DNA from: Terracidiphilus sp.
GTDB lineage: Bacteria > Acidobacteriota > Terriglobia > Terriglobales > Acidobacteriaceae
Assembly (NCBI GenBank): GCA_035549115.1
Contig: DASZRQ010000143.1
Location: forward strand, 16,641 to 80,640
Direction of reading: 5' to 3'
Length of the DNA stretch: 64,000 bases
Positions 35,275 through 43,840 of the stretch are shown piece after piece (the stretch's first letter is position 1; each line of letters opens with the position of its first letter). The notes below the pieces were generated by a model. That model was not told where the DNA came from. It ran no database searches and saw only the letters and a program-made list of their open reading frames with translations. Made by a program: the position numbers and the translations under genes.

Positions 35275-35603
35275 TGCTCTATCCAGTTGTATTCTCGCCC
35301 GAGGCCGGGGAGCAACTGGTTGAGCTCTATCGCTACATCGCAGAGCACGCATCCGCTGAAATCGCCGCAAGCTACACCGAGGCCATCGTTGCCCACTGCG
35401 AGCGTATGCAGCGTTTTCCGCAGCGCGGCATCCTCCGCGACGATATTCGTCCGGGCCTCCGCATCACCCACTTTCGCAGGCGAACTGTCATCGCATTTGT
35501 GGTGGAAGAAACCCGCGTGGTGATTCTCGGAGTCTTTCATGGCGGGCGCAACTATGAGGGAGTCCTGCTCCTGGAGAAAGACGAAAAGCAGGACCCCGTT
35601 TAG
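35274..35603 (+). CDS. Type II toxin, RelE/ParE family
   Basis: VVFSPEAGEQLVELYRYI...FPQRGILRDDIRPGLR...VVILGVFHGGRNY. Confidence 0.92.
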   Translation: MLYPVVFSPEAGEQLVELYRYIAEHASAEIAASYTEAIVAHCERMQRFPQRGILRDDIRPGLRITHFRRRTVIAFVVEETRVVILGVFHGGRNYEGVLLLEKDEKQDPV

Positions 35604-35639
35604 CGCTCACAGCGGATTGCCCGCTGCTTTCAAATCCAC

Positions 35640-36764
35640 TTACCCCACCAGCGCCATCGCCGGAATCTCTTCCTTGCGCACCGTTAGCCGCTCGATCAGG
35701 TCGTACCGCACCTCGTAGCCGCGCCCCGGCGTGTCCTGAATCGTGATCTCGCCCTTGGCCGACACCGTCACCTCCGGCTCGATGATGTCTTCCTTCCAGT
35801 ACCGCGCGGAGGCCGACACATCGCCCGGCAGCGAGAAGTTCTCCAGCGTCGAGAGCGCGATATTGTGCGCCCGCCCGATGCCCGACTCAAGCATCCCGCC
35901 GCACCACACCGGAATGCCCCGCTCCTGCGCCGCGTTGTGCACCGCGATCGCCTCAGAGAAGCCGCTCACCCGGCCCAGCTTGATGTTGATGATCCGGCAC
36001 GACTCCATCTCGATCGCCGCCAGCGCGTCGCGCCGGTTGCGGATCGACTCGTCCAGGCAGATTGCCGTGTTCAGCCGTTTCTGCAGCATCGAGTGGTAGT
36101 AGAAGTCGTCGTGCCACAGCGGCTGCTCGATCATCAGCAGGTCGAAGTCGTCAAAGCTCACAAGATGGTCCGCATCGCGCAGCTTGTACGCCGAGTTCGC
36201 GTCGCAGCTCAGCAGAATCTCCGGCCAGCGGGTCCGCACCGCTTCAAACACCTCCACATCCCAGCCCGGCTTGCACTTCAGCTTGATCCGCTGATATCCC
36301 GCCGCCACCTCGCGCTCGATCACCTCCATCAGCTCCGGAATCGACTTCTGGATGCCGATCGATACGCCGCAGGGAATCGTCTCGTGCACGCCGCCCAGCA
36401 GTTGCGCCAGTGGAATCCCCTCGCGCTGCGCCTCGAGATCCCAGATCGCGTTTTCCAGCGCCGCCTTGGCCATCGGGTTGCCGCGCACCTTGCGGAAGAT
36501 CCGCGGGCACTCCCCGCCATGCTCCGGCGCTTCGGCCGCCAGCATCGGCCCCAGCTCGTTCGCCAGCACCTGCCAGGCCGTGTCCGTCGACTCGCCTGAG
36601 AAGTACGGACGCTCGCCCGCCGTGCACTCGCCCCAGCCCGTCAGCCCTTCGGAGCGGACCTCGGCAAGCAGTATGCGGCGATCCGTCGTCACGCCGAAGC
36701 TGGTTTCAAAGGGACGTACAAGGGGGAGACGCAGTTCGCGAAGAATGATTCCGTCGATTCTCAT
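35640..36764 (-). CDS. menC: o-succinylbenzoate synthase / N-succinylamino acid racemase (enolase superfamily)
   Basis: RIKLKCKPG, DANSAY, MIEQPL, CLDESI, NIKLGRVSG, WCGGMLESGIGRA, PGDVSASARY. Confidence 0.9.
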   Translation of the reverse strand: MRIDGIILRELRLPLVRPFETSFGVTTDRRILLAEVRSEGLTGWGECTAGERPYFSGESTDTAWQVLANELGPMLAAEAPEHGGECPRIFRKVRGNPMAKAALENAIWDLEAQREGIPLAQLLGGVHETIPCGVSIGIQKSIPELMEVIEREVAAGYQRIKLKCKPGWDVEVFEAVRTRWPEILLSCDANSAYKLRDADHLVSFDDFDLLMIEQPLWHDDFYYHSMLQKRLNTAICLDESIRNRRDALAAIEMESCRIINIKLGRVSGFSEAIAVHNAAQERGIPVWCGGMLESGIGRAHNIALSTLENFSLPGDVSASARYWKEDIIEPEVTVSAKGEITIQDTPGRGYEVRYDLIERLTVRKEEIPAMALVG

Positions 36765-36849
36765 AAAGTGTGAGTTCCTTGGCTCATCGTGAATGAATTG
36801 GAAGCTGTTTCATGCAAGTTCAAAAACCCTGATGCCTGATGATTCCTCT

Positions 36850-37644
36850 TCAATCCATCTCCGTCTGGGTCGGGGACCCCAATTCGAAGACTCCATTCCC
36901 TTCCTCGTCGCGGACGAACCCGAGAACGGCTAATCCCTGGCCAAATGCCTGCTGAAATCGGTTGCGGTTCTCCTGCTGGACCCGTGCGGCTCGCTCCCGA
37001 TCGCGGTCAGAGGCCTTCCATTGGTAGATGGCGGCCGGAACCCGGATGCGCTCCTCGATTGCGTAGTTGGCAGGAGCGCCGCCTGCCAGCGGCCCGTTCA
37101 CCCGCGGCGAATCCAGATGCCACTCCGCCACAAGCCGGTCCGTCGGCAGCCCTCCCTGCAATCGAGAAGAGGATACACCATAAAAATCCACGCAATACCG
37201 CCGAACCACGGCCCCCAGCTTGTGGATATTCAGATGCGCGTTCCGGATCTCCAGCGGATCGAAGGTCCACTCCATCAGCCGGATGCCCCGCGCCAGCGCC
37301 TCACGCCGTTGTTCCAGCTTGAGTTGCGCGCCAAGCCCCCGGTTCCTATACTCCTCCCGCACCGCCAGCATGTGCGAGTGCAGATAGGGCCGGGCAATTC
37401 CCTTCTCCGTTTTCACGCCAGGCAAAGACATGGCGAATCCCACCAGCGATCCGGCATCACCCTCCGGTGCGGCCCCCGGCAGCGCCGTGTCGAACGCGCC
37501 GATCACCTGCCCGCCCACCTTCTGCATCACCAGAAAGGCCTTCCGCGGAATCACGTCGCTCGCGTCGTAGCCCCACGTTGCAATCTGCATCTGCACGCAG
37601 GCCTCGAGCTCGTCATGCCCCTGGCAGCTCCGGATCACGATCAT
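36850..37644 (-). CDS. GNAT acyltransferase, putative D-amino acid N-succinyltransferase
   Basis: YLHSHMLAV, WTFDPLEIRNAHLNIHKLG, FYG...LQGGLPTDRLVAEW; ATG 37644 overlaps the mazG stop. Confidence 0.85.
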   Translation of the reverse strand: MIVIRSCQGHDELEACVQMQIATWGYDASDVIPRKAFLVMQKVGGQVIGAFDTALPGAAPEGDAGSLVGFAMSLPGVKTEKGIARPYLHSHMLAVREEYRNRGLGAQLKLEQRREALARGIRLMEWTFDPLEIRNAHLNIHKLGAVVRRYCVDFYGVSSSRLQGGLPTDRLVAEWHLDSPRVNGPLAGGAPANYAIEERIRVPAAIYQWKASDRDRERAARVQQENRNRFQQAFGQGLAVLGFVRDEEGNGVFELGSPTQTEMD

Positions 37645-38567
37645 CGCGCCGCCTCGGCTGCCAGCTTCCGCTTCGCCTGTGCCCACAGCGCCTCCAGCTC
37701 TTCCGGCTTCAGTTCCTCCAGCGGCTTCTCCGATGCCTGCTCCATCTCCCGGAACCGCGTGCGGAACCGCAGATTGCATCCGCGCAGCGCCATCTCCGCG
37801 TCCACGCCCAGATGCCGCCCCAGATTCACCACCGTAAACAGCAGGTCGCCCAGCTCCGCCTCCACTGCCGCCTTCCGCGCTGTGTCTTCGGGATTCTTCT
37901 CCGCCGCGGCGGCCTCGGCTTCCAGCTCCGCCGTCTCTTCGGCCAGCTTGGGCAGCAGGTCCCGCCACACCGGCCAGTCGAACCCCGCCTTCGCTGCCTT
38001 CCCGCCCAGCTTGGACGCCTCCGCCAGCGCAGGCATCGCCCGTTGCACCCCGTCCAGCCTTGAAGCATCGGCCTCCAGCTTCGCGGCCTTCTCCAGGCGC
38101 TTGATCTCATCCCAATTCTGCAGCACTTTAGCCGCAGAACCTTCAACGTCCGCATCAACAAGTGCGGCATTCCCCGCCGCCCGCGAGGCCTCTTCGCCAA
38201 ACACATGCGGATGCCGCCGGATCAGCTTCCGGTTCAGGTGGTCCAGCACGTCGGCAATCGTGAACTGGCCCTCGTTGGCCGCCATTTCGGCGTAGAACAG
38301 CACCTGCAGCAGCAGGTCGCCCAGTTCCTCGGCCAGGTGCGGAAGGTCCCGCCGCTCGATGGCGTCGAAGACCTCGTAGGCTTCTTCCAGGGTGTACTTG
38401 CGGATGGTGTCGAAGGTCTGCTCGCGATCCCATGGGCATCCGCCCGGCGCCCGCAGCCGCGCCATGATCGCCGCCGACTCCTCAAACAGCTCCCCGGCCC
38501 GCGCCGGGTCCGTGGCGAGCGGCGTAGAAGGAGGCTCTGGACTGTCTGCGTTGCGTGCGGAGTCCAT
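37641..38567 (-). CDS. mazG: Nucleoside triphosphate pyrophosphohydrolase MazG
   Basis: LRAPGGCPWDREQT, LEEAYEV, EELGDLLLQV, KLIRRHPHVF, GFDWP, EAELGDLLF; start re-picked at ATG 38567. Confidence 0.96.
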   Translation of the reverse strand: MDSARNADSPEPPSTPLATDPARAGELFEESAAIMARLRAPGGCPWDREQTFDTIRKYTLEEAYEVFDAIERRDLPHLAEELGDLLLQVLFYAEMAANEGQFTIADVLDHLNRKLIRRHPHVFGEEASRAAGNAALVDADVEGSAAKVLQNWDEIKRLEKAAKLEADASRLDGVQRAMPALAEASKLGGKAAKAGFDWPVWRDLLPKLAEETAELEAEAAAAEKNPEDTARKAAVEAELGDLLFTVVNLGRHLGVDAEMALRGCNLRFRTRFREMEQASEKPLEELKPEELEALWAQAKRKLAAEAAR

Positions 38568-38669
38568 CGAAGCTATTGTAAAGCCGCGCGGTCTTCCCGA
38601 GGCCCGCATCGCGCGAAGAGCATCCCGGCCCAGCCCTGCGTCTGGTTCAGACGTATACTCAAACCGCAC

Positions 38670-39545
38670 ATGCTTCGCATCTTAGCCACACCCATCGCGG
38701 CACTCGCCGGCCTCGCCTTCGGCAGCTTCCTCAACGTCTGCCTCAGCCGCTGGCCGCAGGGCGAAAGCATCGTCTCGCCCCGCTCGCACTGCCGCGCCTG
38801 CAACCGCACTCTCGCCTGGTGGGAAAACATTCCCGTCCTGAGCTGGCTCGCCTTGCGCGCCCGCTGCCGCACCTGCGGGACTGCGATCAGTGTTCGCTAC
38901 CCACTCGTCGAAGTGACTGTCGGGTTGCTGTGGAGCATCGTGGGATGGCGGCTTTCAGGAGTATTTCTGACCGAAAGACAGTTCACGCCATTTATGGTGG
39001 GGCCGCCATATTACGGCTTCATACCGGCACTCAGCACTGCGGCATTTTTATGGCTCATGGTGGCAATAGCAGTGCTCGATGCGGAGCATCTTTGGATTGC
39101 AGACGCGCTAACATTTCCCGGAATTGCCTTGGGGGTTGCACTCCTACTTTTCGCTGACTCGCTCGTGCACGTTCCATTACGAGAGTTTTGGCTATCGCTG
39201 GCAGAGCGGCTTAGCAGTATCCTCCTCGCCGCCGCTCTCATCCTCGCCATCCGCGGCCTCTACTGGCTCATCCGCCGCCGCGAGGGGCTCGGCCTCGGCG
39301 ACGCCAAGCTCATGGCCCTGCTCGCCGCATGGCTCGGCCTGCCCGGCGCTCTGCTGTCGTTTGTTCTCGGTGTGGTTCTCGGCGCGGCGGTCGCGCTCGC
39401 CATCCTCGCCCGCAATCAGGGCCGCGAGGACGCAGGCCAGCTCAAGCTTCCGCTGGGTACATTCCTCTGCATCGGGGGCATCGTCAGCAGCCTGTGGGGC
39501 CCGCAGATTCTCGCAGCCTATCTGCGTTACTCCGGCCTCAACTGA
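38670..39545 (+). CDS. Prepilin peptidase (A24A)
   Basis: FGSFLNVC, PRSHCRAC, ENIPVLSW, CRTC, RYPLVE, catalytic VLDAEH and GLGDAKL, KLPLGTFL. Confidence 0.93.
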   Translation: MLRILATPIAALAGLAFGSFLNVCLSRWPQGESIVSPRSHCRACNRTLAWWENIPVLSWLALRARCRTCGTAISVRYPLVEVTVGLLWSIVGWRLSGVFLTERQFTPFMVGPPYYGFIPALSTAAFLWLMVAIAVLDAEHLWIADALTFPGIALGVALLLFADSLVHVPLREFWLSLAERLSSILLAAALILAIRGLYWLIRRREGLGLGDAKLMALLAAWLGLPGALLSFVLGVVLGAAVALAILARNQGREDAGQLKLPLGTFLCIGGIVSSLWGPQILAAYLRYSGLN

Positions 39546-39546
39546 G

Positions 39547-40308
39547 TCACGGCTGTTGCGCGCCGGCGCTTGCCGCGTCCGCCTTGGCGTTGGCAATCTC
39601 CGGCTCAGCCAGATACTTCTTGGCCTCTTTGCTGTGCTTGGAGTCCGGGTCGTACTCCATCACCTTCAGGTAGTGCGTGCGGGCCGCGGCGTACTTGCCC
39701 GTATGCCGCTCGGACTCGGCCAGTCCCCAGTACACGTCGGGATTCTCCGGGTCCAGCACCAGCGCCGACTCGTACCGCGACAGCGCCGCCGCCCAGTTCT
39801 TCTGGTCCAGGTAGTAGCTGCCTACGCTCTCGTCTTCCTTGGCCGTCTCCACGTGCGGAGCAATCTCCGCGCCATCGTCATCGTCCTTGCCGTGCCTGCG
39901 TCCCTTTCCGTTGTCTGGCGGCGGCTTCAGCAGTTGGTCCAGTCCCGCCGTGCTCGAGCTCGATGAGCCCGTATCCGGAACCACCGGCCCATCGTCCGGG
40001 CTGCGCACCGGGTCCACATCCGGGCTCGCCAGAGAAACATTGGAGTAATCCGGCGCGGCATTCGCAGGCGCGGGAGCAGCCGATGTGCCTCCCGTGGGAA
40101 GCACCGGCACGGAATTGGGATCATCGGGAAACGGGTTCGACTCCTGCTGCGCCGGCTTCTGCGCGGGCCGGCTCGGCTGCTGCGGTTGCTGTTGCGCGCG
40201 GAGCGGCCCGGCCAGCAGCGCCATGCCTGCCAGCATCAGCAGGCACGCACTGTGCCGCCGCGCCGCTCCGCCGATTCCCTTCCGCGCTTTCAACAGAACC
40301 TCATCCAC
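39547..40308 (-). CDS. Exported tetratricopeptide-repeat protein
   Basis: Signal-like segment, Pro/Gln-rich linker, C-terminal TPRs (VGSYYLDQKNWAAALSRYESALVLDPEN). Confidence 0.8.
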   Translation of the reverse strand: MDEVLLKARKGIGGAARRHSACLLMLAGMALLAGPLRAQQQPQQPSRPAQKPAQQESNPFPDDPNSVPVLPTGGTSAAPAPANAAPDYSNVSLASPDVDPVRSPDDGPVVPDTGSSSSSTAGLDQLLKPPPDNGKGRRHGKDDDDGAEIAPHVETAKEDESVGSYYLDQKNWAAALSRYESALVLDPENPDVYWGLAESERHTGKYAAARTHYLKVMEYDPDSKHSKEAKKYLAEPEIANAKADAASAGAQQP

Positions 40309-40369
40309 TCCTCAATGGTAGGATGCGATGCATACCGCACTCAAGTCCGCCCGGAGTCTGCACCCATTT

Positions 40370-40816
40370 ATGCCGCTCATCATCCGTTCCTCCGCCATCC
40401 ACGCCGCCGGCTGCTACACCACAACTCCCATCCGCAAAGGCGCTTTGGTGGCCGAATACACCGGGCCGCGGCTGACCAAATCCGAGGCCGACACCGCCTA
40501 CGAGGAGCAGCCCATCACCTACCTGTTTGGACTGGGAAGCGGCCGAACGGTCATCGACGGCCACTGCATGGCCATGTTCATCAACCATAGCTGCGACGCC
40601 AACTGTGAGACCGAGGAGATCAAGGGCCGCGTCTGGATTCGCGCCGTCCGCTCCATCGCCGCGGGCGAGGAGATCACCTACGACTACTGCCTCTACGACG
40701 GGGGCGACGACGAGGCCAACTGCAACTGTGGCGCGCACAAGTGCCGCGGCACCATGTACTCCCGCGACGAAGTGAAAAAGCGTAAGACCTCGCGGGCAAA
40801 AGCCGGGAAGAAATAG
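40370..40816 (+). CDS. SET-domain protein-lysine methyltransferase with post-SET motif
   Basis: SSAIHAAGCY, FINHSCDANC, IAAGEEITYDY, post-SET CNCGAHKCRG; TGGTAGGAT extended -10 at 40316-40324 favours start 40370. Confidence 0.92.
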   Translation: MPLIIRSSAIHAAGCYTTTPIRKGALVAEYTGPRLTKSEADTAYEEQPITYLFGLGSGRTVIDGHCMAMFINHSCDANCETEEIKGRVWIRAVRSIAAGEEITYDYCLYDGGDDEANCNCGAHKCRGTMYSRDEVKKRKTSRAKAGKK

Positions 40817-40933
40817 CGCCGCCGGCCGTTTTCCACTTCCGGAAACTCCCGCCGGAAACTTCAACCTTGGAACGATACAATCGCCCTTAGGCTGCCGCAA
40901 CGCGGCGAGCCCTTCTAAGGAGCGGGTGCACGT

Positions 40934-42850
40934 ATGGAATATCAGGTTCTGGCCAGAAAATATCGTCCGCAGCGCTTTGCCGATGTGGCCGGCCAGGATC
41001 ATGTGACGCGCACGCTGATGAACGCCCTGGAGCAGAACCGCGTCGCCCACGGCTACATCTTCTCCGGCCATCGCGGCATCGGTAAAACAACCATCGCCCG
41101 CATCCTCGCCCAGGCCCTCAACTGCCGCACCGCCGTCGGCTCGCCCGAGCGGCCCACTGCCGAGCCCTGCGGCGTCTGCGACTCCTGCATCGAGGTGCGC
41201 GCCGGCTCCGCCGTCGACGTGATCGAGATCGATGCCGCCACCAACCGCGGCATCGACGAGATTCGCGAGCTGCGCGACGCCGCACGTTACGCGCCCGCCC
41301 GCGACCGCTACAAGATCTACATCCTCGACGAGGCGCACCAGATCACCGAGGCGGCCTTCAACGCGCTCCTCAAGACCCTCGAAGAGCCGCCGCCGCACGT
41401 CATCTTCATGATGGCGACCACCGAGCCCGAGAACATCCCGCAGACCATCCGCTCGCGCTGCCAGCACTTCAGCTTTCACGCCGTCAAGTTCGACGACATC
41501 CTCGCCCAGCTCCGCATGATCGCCGCGGCTGAGAACGTCGAAGCCGAGGATGCCGCGCTCGCCCTGTTGGCCGAGGCGGGCGACGGCTCCATGCGCGACG
41601 CGCTCTCCATCATGGACCAGGCCATCGCTTCAGCGCCGGTTGAGCAGGGCAAGCCGGTCCTCGCCGCCGCGCAGATTCGCGACCTGATGGGCTCTGTCCC
41701 CAACGCCGTCTTTGAGCGCCTGTTCGAGGCCGTCGCCCAGGGCCAGAGCGCCGCGCTCATGGAGCAGCTCAACGTGCTGCTCAACGCCGGGCACAGCCCC
41801 TCGTCGCTCGCCCGCCAGATGGTCCGCTACCTGCGCAACACCCTCATGGCCAGGCTGGGCGGCGAGCAGACCGAGCTGCTGCAAATCTCCGCCGACGAGC
41901 GCGCCCGCGCGGCGCGCACCGCCCTGCTCTTCAGCGAGGAAGACCTGACCCGCAATCTGCAGATTGTGCTGCGCACCTTCGACGATCTCAACTTCCGCCA
42001 AGAGCAGCGCTTCCATCTCGAGCTTGGCCTGCTCAAGCTCGTCCACGCCCAGCGCCTGCTTCCCCTGGAAGAATTCCTCAGCGGCATGGCCAGCGGTGCG
42101 GGCGTGCGTCCCGCCGCGTCGGCTCCGGCCTCGCGTCCTCCGGCAAGCGCGCCCCGCGCAGCGCAGTCCACACCAGCTCAGCCGCCGTCCGGTTCTCCCT
42201 TCGGAGGCTCAGACTGGGGTTCATCGCCCTCGATGAAGCAGAGCGCCGCGGCTTCCGAGCCCCGCTCCGAACTCAGGTCCGAGCTCAGATCCGAGTCCAG
42301 GTCCGAGGCCGCCGCCGAAATCAAGGCCGTGGCCGGCAATGTGATGCCTTTTCCCGTGGCCGCCAGTCAGCCCTCCGCCGGCTTTGCCGAGACCATCACC
42401 GAAGGCGCGCTGGCCAAGGCTCCTGAAGAAGCGATGGCCGCTCCGCCCGCTTCGTCCAGTGAAGCGCCGGATGCCGATGCGCTCCGCAGCGCCGTCTGCG
42501 CCGCGCTCGCTGGCGCGGGCCATGACTCCGCCGCGCGTCTCCTCGGCTCCGCGGCATGGGTCTCCGAGGGAGCCACGCTGCGCATCGAGGTTCCCGGCAT
42601 CGGCAAGAAGATGCTCACCCTCACCGTCAACGCCGCCGCGGAAAAGATCATCCGCCAGGAGTTGCAGAAGCTCAACGCTCCGGCACGGTTCATGGTGGTT
42701 CCCGGCGAGGGCGTGACAGGCCCGGCACAGGCGGCTCCGGTCCTCTCCGGCAGCGTGCAGCAGGCAGCGCTCGACAATCCATTAGTCCAGCGCGCCAAGG
42801 AAATCTTCAATGCCGATGTGCGCAGCGTGCTCGATCTGCGCGGCAAATAG
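40934..42850 (+). CDS. dnaX: DNA polymerase III subunit gamma/tau
   Basis: YQVLARKYRPQRF, GHRGIGKTT, PCGVCDSC, DVIEIDAA, ILDEAHQ, FNALLKTLEEPP, TIRSRC, GSMRDALS. Confidence 0.98.
   Translation: MEYQVLARKYRPQRFADVAGQDHVTRTLMNALEQNRVAHGYIFSGHRGIGKTTIARILAQALNCRTAVGSPERPTAEPCGVCDSCIEVRAGSAVDVIEIDAATNRGIDEIRELRDAARYAPARDRYKIYILDEAHQITEAAFNALLKTLEEPPPHVIFMMATTEPENIPQTIRSRCQHFSFHAVKFDDILAQLRMIAAAENVEAEDAALALLAEAGDGSMRDALSIMDQAIASAPVEQGKPVLAAAQIRDLMGSVPNAVFERLFEAVAQGQSAALMEQLNVLLNAGHSPSSLARQMVRYLRNTLMARLGGEQTELLQISADERARAARTALLFSEEDLTRNLQIVLRTFDDLNFRQEQRFHLELGLLKLVHAQRLLPLEEFLSGMASGAGVRPAASAPASRPPASAPRAAQSTPAQPPSGSPFGGSDWGSSPSMKQSAAASEPRSELRSELRSESRSEAAAEIKAVAGNVMPFPVAASQPSAGFAETITEGALAKAPEEAMAAPPASSSEAPDADALRSAVCAALAGAGHDSAARLLGSAAWVSEGATLRIEVPGIGKKMLTLTVNAAAEKIIRQELQKLNAPARFMVVPGEGVTGPAQAAPVLSGSVQQAALDNPLVQRAKEIFNADVRSVLDLRGK
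42263..42310 (+). repeat. Four imperfect 12-nt tandem repeats in the dnaX linker
   Basis: cgctccgaactc/aggtccgagctc/agatccgagtcc/aggtccgaggcc encoding RSEL RSEL RSES RSEA. Confidence 0.8.
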
Positions 42851-42895
42851 GCCGCCGCTGAGGGACAGACAAAGAGAGACGCTGAAGGATAAACG

Positions 42896-43222
42896 ATGAT
42901 CAATCCCCTCAAGATTCCCGAGATGCTCGCCCAGGCCAACCAGATGCAGGAGCAGATGCAGCAAAAGCTTGCGGAGACCATCGTCGAGGGCTCCGCGGGA
43001 GGCGGTGCGGTCACGGTCAGCATGAACGGCAAAAAACAGCTCCTCAAGCTGCATATCGACCCCACAGCCGCGCTGAGCCTCACCGGCGGACAGCCGGATG
43101 TGGAGATGCTCGAGGATCTGATCGTCTCCGCGGTGAACGATGCGGGGCGCAAGGCCGAGGAAGCGATCCAGTCGAGCGTGCAGGGCATGCTGGGCGGGCT
43201 CAAGCTGCCGGGAATGAGCTAA
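42896..43222 (+). CDS. ybaB: YbaB/EbfC nucleoid-associated protein
   Basis: GSAGGGAVTVSMNGKKQL, DVEMLEDLIVSAVNDA; between dnaX and recR. Confidence 0.95.
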   Translation: MINPLKIPEMLAQANQMQEQMQQKLAETIVEGSAGGGAVTVSMNGKKQLLKLHIDPTAALSLTGGQPDVEMLEDLIVSAVNDAGRKAEEAIQSSVQGMLGGLKLPGMS

Positions 43223-43236
43223 GGGAGGCGCACGCA

Positions 43237-43836
43237 GTGGCACGCTATGCCGAGCCGATGGCGAGGCTGATCGAGGAACTGAAGAAGCTGCCCGGCGTGG
43301 GCACCAAGACCGCGCAGCGCTACGCCTTTCACATTTTGCGCGGAGCCGATGAAGACGCCGCCGCCCTGGCCGAGGCCGTGCGCGAGCTCAAAACCAGCCT
43401 CCGTCTCTGCTCCGTCTGCAACAACGTGACCGATATCGACCCGTGCGTCTACTGCTCCAGCCCCGCGCGGAATCAGCGGCAGGTCTGCGTGGTGGAAGAG
43501 CCGACCAACATCGACGCCGTCGAGCGCACCCGCGGCTACAACGGCGTTTACCACGTGCTGCACGGCACGCTCTCACCGCTCCATGGCGTGGGGCCGGACC
43601 AGCTCCGCACCAGTTCGCTGGTAACCCGCGTGGAGCACGGCGATGTGGATGAAGTGATTGTCGCCACCAGCCCGACGCTGGAAGGCGAGGCAACGGCGAC
43701 ATGGCTGGCTGGAGCGTTGCGGCGTTTCCCGGTGCGCATCACGCGCATCGCCACAGGTGTTCCCGCGGGCAGCGACATCGAGTACGCCGACGAGGTGACC
43801 ATGGCCCGCGCCATGGAAGGCCGCCGCGAACTCTAG
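43237..43836 (+). CDS. recR: Recombination mediator RecR
   Basis: LPGVGTKTAQR, CSVCNNVTDIDPCVYC, YHVLHG, ATSPTLEGEAT, IATGVPAGSDIEYAD; GTG start. Confidence 0.98.
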   Translation: MARYAEPMARLIEELKKLPGVGTKTAQRYAFHILRGADEDAAALAEAVRELKTSLRLCSVCNNVTDIDPCVYCSSPARNQRQVCVVEEPTNIDAVERTRGYNGVYHVLHGTLSPLHGVGPDQLRTSSLVTRVEHGDVDEVIVATSPTLEGEATATWLAGALRRFPVRITRIATGVPAGSDIEYADEVTMARAMEGRREL

Positions 43837-43840
43837 CGCA

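Noticed and set aside
34690-35640. Mobile element carrying the TA module
   Set aside because: No transposase, integrase, terminal inverted repeats or target-site duplication was identified.
38881-39220. Diversity-generating retroelement as the cause of the prepilin patch
   Set aside because: No reverse transcriptase or template repeat is in the window, and the patch is enriched rather than depleted in A/T.
40134-40144. tRNA T-loop-like GGTTCGACTCC
   Set aside because: Lies inside the TPR coding sequence on the opposite strand; the T-stem is imperfect and no acceptor, D or anticodon arms can be built.
40817-40933. SRP RNA (ffs), often found upstream of dnaX
   Set aside because: The conserved CAGG...GGAAG...AGCAG domain IV core is not present; only a short CCGGAAACT direct repeat is seen.
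40934-42850. Programmed -1 frameshift producing the gamma subunit in dnaX
   Set aside because: No A-AAA-AAG heptamer or long A-run seen in the linker region.
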